A stretch of 64,000 bases of DNA from Bispira polyomma (GCA_965649765.1 OZ287748.1:32612001-32676000), one strand, 5' to 3'; shown: positions 26,545 through 40,095, counted from the stretch's first letter. Numbers and translations are program-made. The notes: generated by a model from the letters alone, not told the origin.

Positions 26545-26656
26545 TCTACTTTAAACGTGACCTATGCCCCATCCTTCCACTAAATTGCATGTGAATCGGT
26601 TCAGCCAAAAACAAATAGACAGTATCAAAAACATTACCTTCTTGGTTGAGGTAATG
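26545..26656 (-). mobile_element. HINE-like fragment, inverted
   Basis: Ends AAAACATTACCTTCTTGGTTGAGGTAAT, the reverse complement of the 11300-type start; includes AAATTGCATGTGAATCGGTTCAG. Confidence 0.55.
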
Positions 26657-26769
26657 TTTAGTACACTGGTACATGTATACACTATTGGTGTAATGGGGTT
26701 GTTATAAACCAATTGGATTTTGTAAAATGGTTGTGCAGTTTAAAGACCTCTTTCTCCAAACCCTAGCAT

Positions 26770-26890
26770 CACAATCACTGGGGTTTCACCAATGTGCATT
26801 CAAATCCTGTTTATTCCTTGTTTCAGCACTGAATCTGGCCATCGCAATATGGCCTAAGCTGCTAAAAGTGATGTAAAACCCAACAAAATT
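26770..26890 (+). mobile_element. SINE family 1, internally deleted
   Basis: TCACCAATGTG..TTCAAATCC joined to ATCTGGCCATCGCAATATGGCCTAAGCTGCTAAAAGTGATGTAAAACCCAA. Confidence 0.6.
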
Positions 26891-27174
26891 GTAATACAAA
26901 ATTATCTTACCCTAGTGGGGATGTGGATATGGTGATGATTGTAATGGTTAAACTAAATTTTGCGACATGGTGTCCAATTTCTCGAAAACGTGTCCATTTC
27001 ATGTAGATACTCAAAAATCTATATTTTCTATGTTCAAAATGTATTCACAAATTATTTTATTAGAACACTAATTTTGGTCTAATTTTAGCAACCAAAGTTT
27101 TGTTCTAATTTCCAATATCACCATAGACTTTTAATTTTCTTTGATATATATTTGTAAATGTTTTTTTACATTAG

Positions 27175-27390
27175 TCGCTAGGTGGCCTAATGATTGACAG
27201 TGCTTGCTGATAATATCTGATCTGTCACCAATGTGGGTTCAAATCCTGTTTGTTGCTTCATGTGGGAGAGTTTGTTAGGTACTTGCTGTAGGTCAGTGGT
27301 TTACAGCAGCTTTGACACTGGTTTCTTCCACTATTAGATCTGGCTGTCATCATATGGCCTAAGTTGTCGAAAGAGATAAAATTAATAAAT
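27175..27390 (+). mobile_element. tRNA-headed SINE, family 1 (V-domain-like), near full length
   Basis: A-box GGTGGCCTAATG, B-box GGGTTCAAATCC, core GGTCAGTGGTTT...GGTTTCTTCCAC, tail CCTAAGTTGTCGAAAG...TAAAA. Confidence 0.75.
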
Positions 27391-30062
27391 TCTAAGGATT
27401 GGTCCATACTAAATGCATGGTACCCGGATCAAAGTCAGTTAGCAGTTTGCAGTTACTCCTTGGTCCCACCATCACAGCTCAAACCCTTGCTTATAACCTA
27501 GTCTAACCTGTGAAAACTTAAGGTCTACCACATTCGACTGTGACATACCGTTGGGAAACTGTGCTACCTCATTGTTTCCCTGTCAGACAAACAGTGCCTC
27601 TATGTTACAAAACCATGCCTCTATGTTACAAAACCATAGTTACCCTTAGCAACCCCCATTCATCATGGCATAGCTTCCATGTCGCCCCACCATCAAAACC
27701 CCAAAAATTGACTGTCACGGTGGAACTGTAGCATTTCGAGACTGCTCAGTCAAAATCTTTGGGGCCCTCATAGCCTTGGTAATGTGTGTCTGCAAAATTT
27801 GCTTATAACTAAATATTCATAAGTAACGCTAAACTACCATTCTTTCCAAGCTGCCAATCGCTTTTTGACAATGTTTAAACTAAATGTTGAGAACAAAGCA
27901 CAGAGGTGTGATGTTTGTGACGTCATAATGTGACAACTATATTTTGCAAGGGGTGAAAAATATAGGATTGTCTGTGACTATACCATTGTTTTCCTTTTTT
28001 GTTTGACAATATAGCCTGACCGCCTTGAAAACACTTAAGTACTCTAAAGATATACAAAATATAGAAATATTATCATCCATCAGTTCATCTGACCGTTCTG
28101 AAATGATCAGTGTGTAGAAATGCCCTAAACCATCTCGATGATAGATGATTCCTTTTTTAAGGTTTCTGCAGCTGTCCCAAGTTTAAACGAAATGCTACAC
28201 TGGAGGCAAAGGTCAAACAACAGAGAGTGCCATTCATCCTGTGTTGATAGAATCATTAGTCGTTAGAATGGATCAACAAGGCAGGAATCATCAATGTCAA
28301 CAGATCTATAGTTGTCTTAGAACTCAGTGTGTGTTAGAAAATGTGTCATCTGCATAATGTCCTATTTAAGAAGGAACTTACTTTCTAAATATGAATAGCA
28401 ATCTATCAATATCTTTGCTGATAAAAATTTACTACTATATTAAAATAACTAGTAGTTCATTGATATGATTTACCCATGGGAACATGTATACAAATTAGTC
28501 AAATTTTCATCTAATACGGTTGTTTATGATTATTTTGATCAGGCTTAGTATTTGGAGTCAGCTGTGAGTTTTTCCTTCGAGACTAGATGTGGTTAAATAT
28601 TGAATTAGGTACGAAATCTACAATTTCTTATCACAGTTTGACATAATTATCATAAAACCTTGATTGTATATTATTAATAGAGGAACTAAATCAAGAATAT
28701 ATATGTTTACTTTTTTGGCTAGAATTTTTTTAGGGGGTACAAAATTGTGATTTCTGAATGTCAGCTTGAGATTTTTCTTCTTCCTGTCAATAGCTTCACT
28801 CTCCAAACATGATTTACTCAGAAGCACATAGTACGTAATGAAGCGTCACTTATGTTAACACCAAAAACAAGCCATCCCCCTCTCATTGGGAGGGAATTAA
28901 CACGGGGTCACACAGAGAATCAAGTTATGATTTGGTTATCGCCCTTGTGTGCCCTGCTAAATAACCTCAATACAACCAAGACCTCCTCCCAATTAAACGT
29001 TCCCAGGAGTAAATAAAAAGGGGGAAGTCGCCCACTCTTGAATATATGTGGAGTTTGTATACTCCCCTTAAAAGTCAGGCAAATTTATGAAAACACAATA
29101 TTGACACAATCCTTAAGGTACATTGTATAGCCAAACTTGTAATTAATATGATAAACATGATAATATTTTGGAAACAATAAAAAAAAAAACAGTGGGATGA
29201 ATTTGAAAGCCATGGCCATTGCCCTTATGTCGAGTAATATTTACATTTATTATTTAATATTTTTTTTATTGAAAAAGAAATATATATCAATGAAATATTA
29301 AGGACAATATTTATTATCATAATAATGAGCTTTAATAAATTTAATTTTATATTTTCTAATATCTAAATCTACTTTAAAAAGATGGACTTCCCATCCCAAG
29401 GGCAGCTTTTTCACACTAAAACTGCAGAAATAGATCACTAACTTACTGTTGCTTCTTAATGTTGACCTTAAAGTAAAATGATATTTAAGCACAACCACTG
29501 TCAATGTACCTCCCTATTGACTAAAAGTAAACATGGAGTTGCCTTTCGTGTTTCTTATAGACCTTTTTATGATACAAACAAACAAGCCATAATTAGGTGA
29601 GCACGCACTCACTAACACAGATAGAGAGAGAGAGTAGTCAGCAAGCACATTTATATAGAACATAATCCACCCATAACAACTGGAGTGCCCTGCATGGCAA
29701 ATATAGAGTGTCATAGGGTTGAGTTATCCACAAATATGTCTATTTATGAGCTCTACTTGTTGTTTTTTAAACTAGCCCCCTAAACAAGCATAAGCTGCTT
29801 TAAAAGTTTCTTCTTGTGAAGAGTGAGTAAGGAGGGGTGGGAGGGGTGATGGTTTTTGGACTTTAAATTGGAGGACTTTCCACTTCATTGGGTGGCATTT
29901 CTTGTCATTGGAGTCATTTGAATGGAGATGATCAATCATTCTATTAGATTATGTTAGGGGTGGGAGGTTTGAGTATGGAGTGAGGCTGAATGTTTTGGAG
30001 GCATGTGTTGGCCTGGTCCCAGGCTCAAGTTTATCAGCATGCCTTATTGAATGTAGTAATAG

Positions 30063-30279
30063 TTTGAATTTAGTTAGGTTTTATGTCGCTTTCAACAGCT
30101 AAGGTCATATGGCGACGGCCAGGTTAAATAAAGATAGAAGAAAGCCGTGCTGAAGCACTGTAAACCACTGACCTACTACCTCACAAATTTTCCCACATGC
30201 AGGAGATTTCAACTCATATTGGTGAAAGACTAATGATTATAAAAATAACGCTGCTAGTCATTAGGCCACCGTGACCCCT
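30063..30279 (-). mobile_element. SINE family 1
   Basis: GTCGCTTTCAACAGCTAAGGTCATAT...TAAACCACTGACC...TTAGGCCACCGTGACCCC is the reverse complement of the 27175 copy. Confidence 0.75.
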
Positions 30280-30956
30280 ATTTTGATTTGGAACACATCC
30301 AAATATATACACATATAATTTATTATCAAATATTCTTATTATAACTGGCAGCAGATTCACACTTGCAGGATACCTCTTTTGTACAAGTCTTCAACTAATT
30401 AATAATGATTTAGTTTGGAAAGTAGAAGGCTTCTGCCATTATTACATGACCTTATAATTTTGGCACAGGAGGTATAATTTGCCACAGCTAAAACAACAAA
30501 CTATATCTGGCTTTACTTATGATCTTTCAGGAAAATTTCACTTGTAATTAATAAATAGCCATAGTAGAAATGTTTCAACTTATTTATGGTCAGAAGTCAG
30601 ACTTTTTAGTACTGTTTTATACCCTTTATACATTTGTGGCAAATTAAAACACTCTGTGGCAAATTATACCACAAGTTACTAATATTTATATACATGTATA
30701 TGGCTGTCATCATTCTTAGGTTATGTCTACTCATCAGCTTTAATCAATGTATGAACTGTGAATGCGATTCCAAGACTATTCATATAGTATTATTATTTGA
30801 CCGATTTTCGATACAAAATTTTAACTCCATGACAAAAAATATTTTATTACAATCGAAATAGCATGGGGAGGTTGTGTATATCATCACAATTGAAATTTCT
30901 AAGAGGGAAGCCAATTGCAATGGTGAATAGTAATCGACAATCATACTTATCGAATC

Positions 30957-31180
30957 ATTTAGGTTTTACGTTGTTTTCAACAGCTTAGGTCATATCACGA
31001 CGGCCAGATTTAATGGTGGAAGACATCTTTGCTGAAGCACTTGTTAACCACCGACCTATGGAAAGTACCTGACAGTACATGACATACTTTCACATGAAGA
31101 GAACAACTGTGATACAAACCCATATTGGTAAGAGACCAGTGAAAATCAAGCAAATTCTTCTTATCACCAGACCACCTGAG
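30957..31180 (-). mobile_element. SINE family 1
   Basis: TTTCAACAGCTTAGGTCATATCACGACGGCCAGATTTAATGGTGGAAG...AACCACCGACC. Confidence 0.75.
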
Positions 31181-31649
31181 AGACTTATGGAGATGTGGAC
31201 TTTAGAAGTTCATTATTATAATAGCAAACTCAAGCCTTAGACCAGGCTATATGGGGAATGTGGCTATCCCTTTGATTATATGTTGGTCTGCCGAATAGGA
31301 CCCTCCACTCTGATAGGTTTAATGGACTGGTTACATCTCACCAAGTGAGGCTTCGTGTATTGGGTTGATACCTTGCATATAACATGTCACATTGAACGTT
31401 ATATCAGTAAGTTTATCTATCTGTTTGTCATGACATCTTGCATGGTAACTGTGAAGATAAATCATGGGAAGAGTTTTTACAATGCACATACAAAGTTGCA
31501 ATATTGGTGCAATAATGAGCAATATGTTAAACAAGTTTAATATCAGAAGGGTTAACAGGGAGAAAATTACTATGTTTTAGTACACAAAGGCTGCACAAGA
31601 ACTAAGTACAGTAACCAACAAGAGTTGTCTTTAAAAAAAGACAAAGTCG

Positions 31650-31895
31650 CCCAGTGTGACATATATTTATCTGACACCCCCTCAGTTTAGCCAGGGCGAT
31701 TACTTCCAACTTATCCTTACATATTATTTCAAACATGGCGGCAATATCAACGCCTGATAATATTAACCTGGCACCCCTAAGTTTGGCCAGGTTGATTACT
31801 TCCAACCAATCCATGAAAGCCTTACATATTATTTCCAACATGGCCGTGTCCTTTTCAGAGTGAAAACAATATCAGGATGTGCCTAATAAAAAGTT
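31650..31895 (+). repeat. Unclassified interspersed repeat, two tandem subunits
   Basis: Homologous to 1-160 and 7345-7485; unit CTGACACCCC...TTACTTCCAAC...CTTACATATTATTTC.AACATGGC repeated twice. Confidence 0.7.
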
Positions 31896-31984
31896 TTGAA
31901 GTCCATGAAGATCAAATATGTAAACTGCTATGGCCAGGAGTTATGAACTTCTGTTGGGAGACAATATGTAATAACAATTGGTGA

Positions 31985-32100
31985 CAGAGGTTATGTTTTC
32001 GCCCATGTTGGTTGATTGGTTTTATCATCATCACCATATACATAAAAACTACTGACATAATTTACATGAAATTGGATGAAGTTATGAGGTGGTTAGGGTA
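31985..32100 (+). mobile_element. HINE-like fragment
   Basis: GAGGTTATGTTTTCGCCCATGTTGGTTGATTGG...AAAAACTACTGACATAATTTACATGAAATTGG. Confidence 0.5.
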
Positions 32101-32181
32101 AAGTTGGCCACCAGCAATTGTGCCACTGAATTTTTAAGAGCATTCCTTTTGCTACGAATAATAATTTTGCTATCTACATAA

Positions 32182-32880
32182 AACCCTCATCACACTTCGG
32201 TTACGAGCCGCTGAAGACCATCTACGATTTAATAATAGCCAAGAAAATTAAAGACTGTATGTGACCATATACCCAGGTCTTACTAATTCTTAGGGGCAAT
32301 CAAACAGGAATTTTGTTTGCTGATTATCGTACAACCATTCTTAAGATCATCGTAAGACCAGTCTGCAAATATAGACAACCAGTTTAAACTTGTAAGGATT
32401 GCTCTTGTCTTGCGGATATCTTGCGAATGTGTCCAATGTTTAAAACGTCAATAATATCATTGTAGATCATTGAACAAGAAGGATATTATTTGGTGTTGGA
32501 AGTTGGTGGTCAGCAACTGGTTTATTGTACTGTGTGCAAGTAATTACTGTCACTAATCGTCAATTGTTTGCCGAGCGATTGCCGATTTTCAGAAGAAGCA
32601 ATTGTTTGTGTTGCAAGTTGGTGGTCGACCACTGGTTATGACATTTTGTGCAAGTTTTTACTGTCATTCGGAAACTACTCTACAACAACTCAAGTGTTTT
32701 AACCTGCCAATATTTCAGTCATGGACAGGATCACTTGTAGTCATCAAATACTGGCCATCATCGAAAGGGCCGTACGTCCTACAAAATATCAGCCAACATC
32801 ATTTAAATACTCTTCCAAGAGTTTTTCCAGGACTATTAAGGATAATCTCCGATCTCAACAAACTATCACAAAGTTACGTA
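32182..32880 (+). mobile_element. Interspersed repeat, probable non-autonomous Harbinger fragment
   Basis: Starts TAA|AACCCTCATCACACTT (Harbinger-like end); homologous to 9150-9670; internal ~60-bp duplication at ~32493 and ~32609. Confidence 0.65.
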
Positions 32881-35375
32881 AGACATTTTTCCACCAGTAA
32901 TTAATCACAATACTTTTATACAATGCATTTACAAATTCTTATTTATTTTTTGTATAACACTTATTGTCACTAAATATTATATACAAATATTATTATAAAA
33001 ATGTATCTAGATATTAATTTTAATATATCACTCTTTAACAATGTTCACTCAGGAATGACAATTCATTACATAAGGTTTTAATTTCATTTTAAATGAGTAA
33101 CTGAAACGAAAGTTTTTGAAGTTGAGAGGTTGGATAAAAGCTTCCTTTGATCTTAAAAAAATAGAACCCCTTCTATATAACATTTCCAATTACATTTAAT
33201 TGAAATCAGTATTTCCCTTGATAAATACATTATGAAATACTGGTAACAAAATATCCTATTATACATAGGTGGCAAAATTGCTTGTGGTAAAAATGATGCC
33301 CTAAAGAAATCCGTGGCAATTTGCTGGTTGCAAACTTGACCTACCCCGGATGAGGTATGGGGCAACGAAGAATCCATTAACCTTTGGAACATATCTGAAT
33401 ATATCCAACGTTTGCTTTTTACTTTTGGGTGTACTTTCGCAGAAGTAGTGAATGGATCTCGATAAGCAGGTGAAAGTCGTCTAACCGAAAACTAATTAAT
33501 AGATTCCATAGATCTCTAAATTATGTGGTCACTTAACTTACTCAGATTGAGAGACAGGCAATTGCTATCAGTTTAGTGTTTATTGCCTACAAGTTTTTTT
33601 CCATTATCTAAAGCAGCATATAGTGTACAATGTGTCATGGGCACATATCCATTTAGATCATTCTCCTTTTTTACCCTAATGACAACCATTTTATTAGACA
33701 CTCAGTCACTTTGCAATTCTACATGTACCTATTTCACCCACAATATTGTGATGCTAAATACCTGTAGTGTATGGTTGGCTATTGTAAATTCCAAAGCTAC
33801 ATGACCAGTTCAGAGGTTAGAGACATGAACTACAAAACACTATCATCTTCAATGGTTTAGAAATACCTTTTAGGCTCAACCCTCTCTAAGGGGTTCTCAT
33901 CTGAGAAAATGGAGATTTTTCACCTGTTTTGTTTAAGATGTGTTAGAGAATGTGGCACGAAGGGGAGATGGTGTTCTGGTGGCCCACTGGGTTCTTTTGA
34001 ACACTGAAGTGTTTATCTCTGACCATTGAGGGGCTGGTTAATTGCTACCCCTGGGGACAGAAATATTTAGGGAAGTGTTAGGACATAACTAACTCTTAAT
34101 TAGTATTTAAAGAGGGGGTGGTTTGTACTTCATAAATATGTATTCACCATATAAGAGATGCTTGAGAAAGGGTGATCCCCCCCCCCCACCCCCTACCTCA
34201 ACATCTTCAGTCTAAAAGAAGTGACACACCACAACAATAAAGTGGCCATAAACACACACACACACACACACGGAAATGACGTCATATGCAAATTTTTAGG
34301 ACAGATGCCATTTTGAAAGCTTACATATGGTTAATATGGTTCAATAGGGCCCCAAGTAGATGTATATGAATCACTGATGTCAGTAGGGTTAGCTCTAGAG
34401 ACGCGAAAATGACCTTATTAATTACTGACTATACAACAGACTGAGTCCTGACACTTGTCAATCAAATTCGTATTAAGACAAGCACAGTGTTTTTGTATAT
34501 GAATATGTATACATTATTTATTGTTCTTTGATAAATCTGTCACAGTAAGCCATCCCTCAGAACACCCATTGAACAAGATAGAAATAGACGGGGTCAACCT
34601 GTTGTGGAACTTAGGCTAGGGGCTTGGGGTCAGTCCCTATTATTCCCTTCATTAGTTGTTGAAAATTGTTGTCCTAACCCCTACTAATAAAGTGAATATG
34701 TGTGGATTAAAGTATAGAATAAAATGCGTGTGAAATAAAATACATTGTGTTTACTCAAGAGCATTACTTCCTCATTAGACCGACTGGATGGGGAAAATTA
34801 TATGTGAAGCCATAAAATTGCAGTAAATTACAGTTTCTTAGGAATTTACTTGAATTACGATATTTTAACGGCCATGTTTTTAGACGAATTGAAATTAATA
34901 CCAAATTTTTACTGGATATAATTTTTACTATCTGTGTCTCATTGGCGAAAATAGCTGAAGTTAATTCCGTGTAAGAATTTATATTTCTAAAGTTATAGAA
35001 CATTTTTGTTGTAAAATTACACAATATGCGTGATCATAATTATGCATAAGACATTTTTCACATAGAGTGTTTGGTGATCAGAGATTAAAGTTTTGTAGGT
35101 AAATCGTAGATTTTTATGGACCGAAGCCAGTGTTAACTTCCTCGTGTAACATTGTGTCAGGCCGTACATACGATGTTCCTCTCTGATTATCACGCCAAAT
35201 AGTACAGCTTTGCAAGTCAACAAGTGAAAATCGTGACTGATTCCATCTTAACTAGTATAGTGTATTCTGCCTCTTGTAGTTTATTTTTAATACCGTTGTT
35301 TACCTTGTTCATGTTTACTATTGTACGGAAATCCATTTACAATCAATCTACTAATCACTCTGGCAAAAACTTTGT

Positions 35376-35378
<3 letters not shown>

Positions 35379-35423
<45 letters not shown>
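35379..35423. repeat. Poly-T tract
   Basis: Direct reading. Confidence 0.95.
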
Positions 35424-35425
<2 letters not shown>

Positions 35426-35879
35426 AAATATTAAAATTTTGCTCAGACAATTTGTAATTTACAAATTGACCCGTGAAATAATTTTGCCCTACATGGCTAC
35501 ATGGCCTTCCATACTTTTGTATTCCTTTCGTATATATTGAAATAAAATTCTATTTCCCCTTCTTCGCTGTTTGTTTTTTTGGTTGATAACCACCCCCCCC
35601 CCCCCCCCCTCCCACAGTGCTTACCACTCAGATATTAAAACTAATAATTTATATAAAACTAATTTTACAGTTACTAATTTAAGTGTGATGTATTCATTTA
35701 TTAGTAACATATGCAAATAAGTTGTACTTTAATACAATGTTTACGAAATAATACAAATTTTAGAATACAACGAGCACTGTACATGTTATACTATTAGGCA
35801 AGTTCTACTTTAGTATTTTGCATTTTAATACACCTTATTGATGCAAGGCATCTTCTAAAGCAGAACGACTTAACTAACC

Positions 35880-36060
35880 AATCGAAAAGTCAAAAAAGGG
35901 TTGTACGGAGAGGGCATTAAGGCGGTAAGCAAGTTTAAAGAGATAGGTTCTAAGTTGTCTTAGCTCAATTAGGAGTCTATTCCATAACATATAGGCAGCA
36001 ATTGAGAAAACACTAGATCCAGCCATCTTGGTGGGTTTAACAGAGGAATACAGGTAATCT
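35880..36060 (-). mobile_element. L2-clade LINE 3' fragment, same family as 1078-1500
   Basis: Reverse complement TCTGTTAAACCCACCAAGATGGCTGGATCTAG matches 1231-1262. Confidence 0.7.
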
Positions 36061-37584
36061 TACATGCAAGGAGTTTCCCTAATGAATGTGTCAAGATACC
36101 AAGAAGTGTATATCTGTGGAACTGATATATATGTCTGTCCTGGCCACGTATGTCTACTCATTTGGTAAAGGTACAAATTTAAGGTGAAACATAAAATAAT
36201 AGATTGGTTCTCCTTGTATCTCCTTTGTATCTTACATGATTAAAAAATGGCCCGGGGACAGTTCCAGATTGACAAACTGTTTTTTCTACTGTCTTTTAAG
36301 ATGACCTTAAGACAAATTTTACTCTGGTTTAGTAAGAGCTATAGTTGTCAATTTCAGGTCAGTAATTTAAATAAACACATTTTCTTTTTAAAATGCCAAA
36401 AAAAAAAAAAAAAAAAAAAAGCAGCTTTTGGGTATTGGATTTGTTACAGTGACAGTGTCTACATATATTGTAAATATAATGAAATTACCAGATTGTTTTT
36501 TCTTAAAATAGGAGGCTGATAAGGTGAAGTAGTTTTTAAGTTAAAACCACCTGAGATATCACAATGTATCTGTACTGTAGTTTTACTGATACATGATAAC
36601 AATGATCAGAGAGGAGAACAACATAAACCAAGGTTCACAGTAGCCTTGCTCTAGGCTTACATTTCTGCTATACTAATGACCCTAGACTTTCTTGTATAAA
36701 TATGACCAGTTCACAGTGTATTCTTTTATAACAGGGTAGAAGTGTAGCCCAGGGTTTATAACCATCTAAGACAAACATATGAAGGCATATGTAAGAGGTA
36801 AATTGAATGTGTACACAGTTCAAATGTGTTGTACATCAATTAAGGGTTGCTCATTACTTTCAGCCCAAACACGAGGCTAGCTAATGACCCATCTATTGTA
36901 AACTACCCTTTTATTGTTTGTACATTTATTTATTTTATTTTATTATAGTGACATGCTTTTCTTTTTTTATATATCAATACATTAGTACATAAATATGGTT
37001 GGCCAGCCCACATGGGTTTTATAAGTCAATTAAATGTATTGCATATTTTGTTGTATGATGGATACATTTCACATTTGCAGTATTTTGCAGCTAAAGGTGT
37101 TTACATTATATCATATATCAAAACAAGTTCAATTTTAGAATAATTTTACATTGTCACTATTTTGCACTATATTACACAATTAATATTTGTACAAGTTTAT
37201 TCATATCTTGCAGAAGACTGATGTTTGTCAAAACAAATCATTCAGACTGGGGTTTATTAAATTTTTATTTACAGTTTAAGGTTGATTCCAAAAACTGAGT
37301 TTTCAATTTTATTATGTCACAATGAAAAGTTTATTGATGGAGAAAAGCAGTACAATGAAATTTAACAAATCTACTGTTAACCTTCTCACATGTATGCTGT
37401 GGCCAAGGTCGATTGATGGGAGACTAGTATGTTACCACTACACCACAGAGACCCCATCCCCACCCACACCACTCATTTGTTTTTTGGAACTACTTCAAAA
37501 TAATGAATAGATTTAATAATTTAGCAGTTTATTTCCTGGGAAAAGTAGACTTTTGATTAAGAACCAAGACGCTGTTCCAAAAAC

Positions 37585-38560
37585 AGGCCTGATCCCACTA
37601 TCACAACCTTTCCTAGCAATTACGCAGTGATATAGGCGATTTTTAGAGAGAATTATATTTCTCATCAATTGTACACTGGTCGTATTCGGTTAAGGGCGAC
37701 TTTAGAGAATGTTCCGCATACAAGATGCTGTCTCTTAACTTGCCCCATACTCAACTATAACTCGTTGTCAGACCAGTTATAGTTCACATGATAGCTCACA
37801 GCGTGAGAAAGATTGCACCAGCCATAACAGCTAGGTGTTTACCCTAAAGCAAGTGCTCTACCAGACCACCAGCAAGTACAGCCATATATCAAGAGGTGGT
37901 GACATGATCAGCCACACATCAGCAAGTCTACTGCCCCTTCCCCTAAGCCACCATTAACCAGGTCAGAGCCTGGGTCCTACGGCACCTAATCACCTAGCAG
38001 TGGAGGTTCCCAACTGCAGAGCTTTAATCCCCGGTAGCCCACACCTAGGGGTAGTTGCAAGCTGGGAAACCAGCACCACACGGATGCGAGCCCGAACCTG
38101 GCAAAAGTGTGCCAGGGGAAGAGGCCTCACCAACTCATACCAACAGCAAGTCAACTGCCATTAGCAGACACCAGTCAGCAAGTCTGCTGCCATTACAGCA
38201 AGTTTATTGCCTTTGTTCAAGTAGGACATAAGTTATTAAGTGATAAGTTCATAATGTGACCACCCGGCAGCAAGTCTACTGCCACCATAGCAAGTTTATT
38301 ACCTTTGTTAAACCAAGTACATATGAAAATAACAAGAATTCTACTTCTTAATTTATTTTATTACACACATTCATTTGGGCATATCTCACTACATAACAGG
38401 TTAGCGTTGTTTGTGCGACTAGTGAGTTCTTCACAGGAATTGTTAAATACTTATGTGTCGAGTTGAGAACGCATCACATTCTCTTATAGAAGCTATGAGT
38501 GGGTCATATATTAGGCAATCACATGGTGATTCATACGGCGGAATGATCTTTGCTCAACTA
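37585..38560 (+). mobile_element. Probable decayed Harbinger-like element
   Basis: Left end AGGCCTGATCCCACTATCAC resembles the GCTGTTCCACTATC TIR at 11409; GC-rich interior with repeated CAGCAAGTCTACTGCC; right end not found. Confidence 0.4.
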
Positions 38561-39491
38561 CTGTGATGAATTGAACTTGGTGATTCTAAAATGACGTTCC
38601 CTTATATGAGTGACCTATTGCTGAAATTTAGTTTTTAAATTGTCGCACAAAGCGGGGCCAAAGTTGGAGGGGTACGGCCTGCATGACCCCATTCAAACTG
38701 TTTCATCTGTGCTTTTATGTTGTTTCTTCAGGGCAAGGGGTGGCTTTCTGTGGGACTGAGTAGTGTATAATTAAACTACATCAAACATTATCAAACAAAC
38801 CTAACCATATTTTTTATCCACTGTACATCATCAAGAGTTTTTAATAGTTAGTTTTTTAAATTAAAAAAAAAAAAATGTATTAAATATACATCACGACTTC
38901 ACGTGAAGTTCTACTTTGAAATATGGTACTTTTGCAGATAAGAGAACTGTAATTAGGAAGAGCACTATACAAAATCCCCATAGTAACTTAAATCACTACA
39001 CCCAGTGTCAGATGTATAGAGAAATTAATGAAGATTGTAAAAGAGCCTGTGTATAATGGAAAAAAATTCTTTCAAAGCTCATGATTTTATTCATTACTGT
39101 TAAAATCCAAATGGGCAAGTTTATTACTGAACGAGTGATAGTAGAACTAAATATGACTGAAATAAATACTAAAAGCAGGCAAAAGTATGTGTATATTACA
39201 CATTTATTACATAATGAATATTTACCATACCTACAGTTTTCGATATATATTTAATACTTCCATTATTATCTACTATGAAATGTGACTGCTCCCTTAAGGG
39301 CTAGTGCTCTTCAGTAATGAGTCCCGAACGGCTGGTGTGGGGCTAAAAAGAGGAGTAAAATGACTCCATAAACATAGGAATCCATTTTTAAACTGAGTGG
39401 TATCCAATGATTTTAAAAACCATGCTGTCGTCTTATGTGGCCTAATGTAATATCTGAATGGAGGATACACAAACTGACGTGAACTAAATAG

Positions 39492-40095
39492 ATGTAAATA
39501 TATAATGGATGTAATGACTATAATAATATATTTCAATGTGTTGGGCTATTTTGTAAAACTGACAAGTAGTACTTTACTTAAAACTTAAAAACTAATCAAT
39601 AGGCTGGTACTCAATACAAAACAAGGATTATTTTTTTTTTGCTTTTAAATTGTCAAGAGGGAGAAGCCTGAAGATACTAGGATGACTATAAAGATACTGT
39701 AGGGAAATGAATGTAAATATATAATGGATATAATGACTATAATAACATCTTTTAATGTCTTGAGATATTTTGTAAAACTGACAAGTAGTACTTTACTTAA
39801 AACTGATAAAGAATAAATTTGCTGGTACCCAAAATATACAATTACATTTGTGCTTTTAAATTGTCAAGAGGGAGGGGTTTGCAGCTTGACCAGGGATACT
39901 GTAGGAAACTATATTTAAATATATAATGTAAACTATAAGCATATCTTTATATGTCTTGGATATTTTAAGAAAACTGACAAGCAGTAGTTCACTTAAAACT
40001 GAAAAAGAATAAATGTACTGGTACTAAATACGAAAAATATAAGATTGAATTTTGTGCTTTGAAATTATTTGAAGCCTAACTAAGAATATTCTAGG
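39492..40095. repeat. ~200-220-bp tandem repeat, 3 copies
   Basis: TAAATATATAATG...AAAACTGACAAG.AGTA...ACTTAAAACT...GCTTTTAAATTGTCAAGAGGGAG at ~39492, ~39711 and ~39913. Confidence 0.85.

Noticed and set aside
27175-27250. Functional tRNA genes at SINE heads
   Set aside because: A/B boxes are present but there is no cloverleaf, and each continues into a SINE body.
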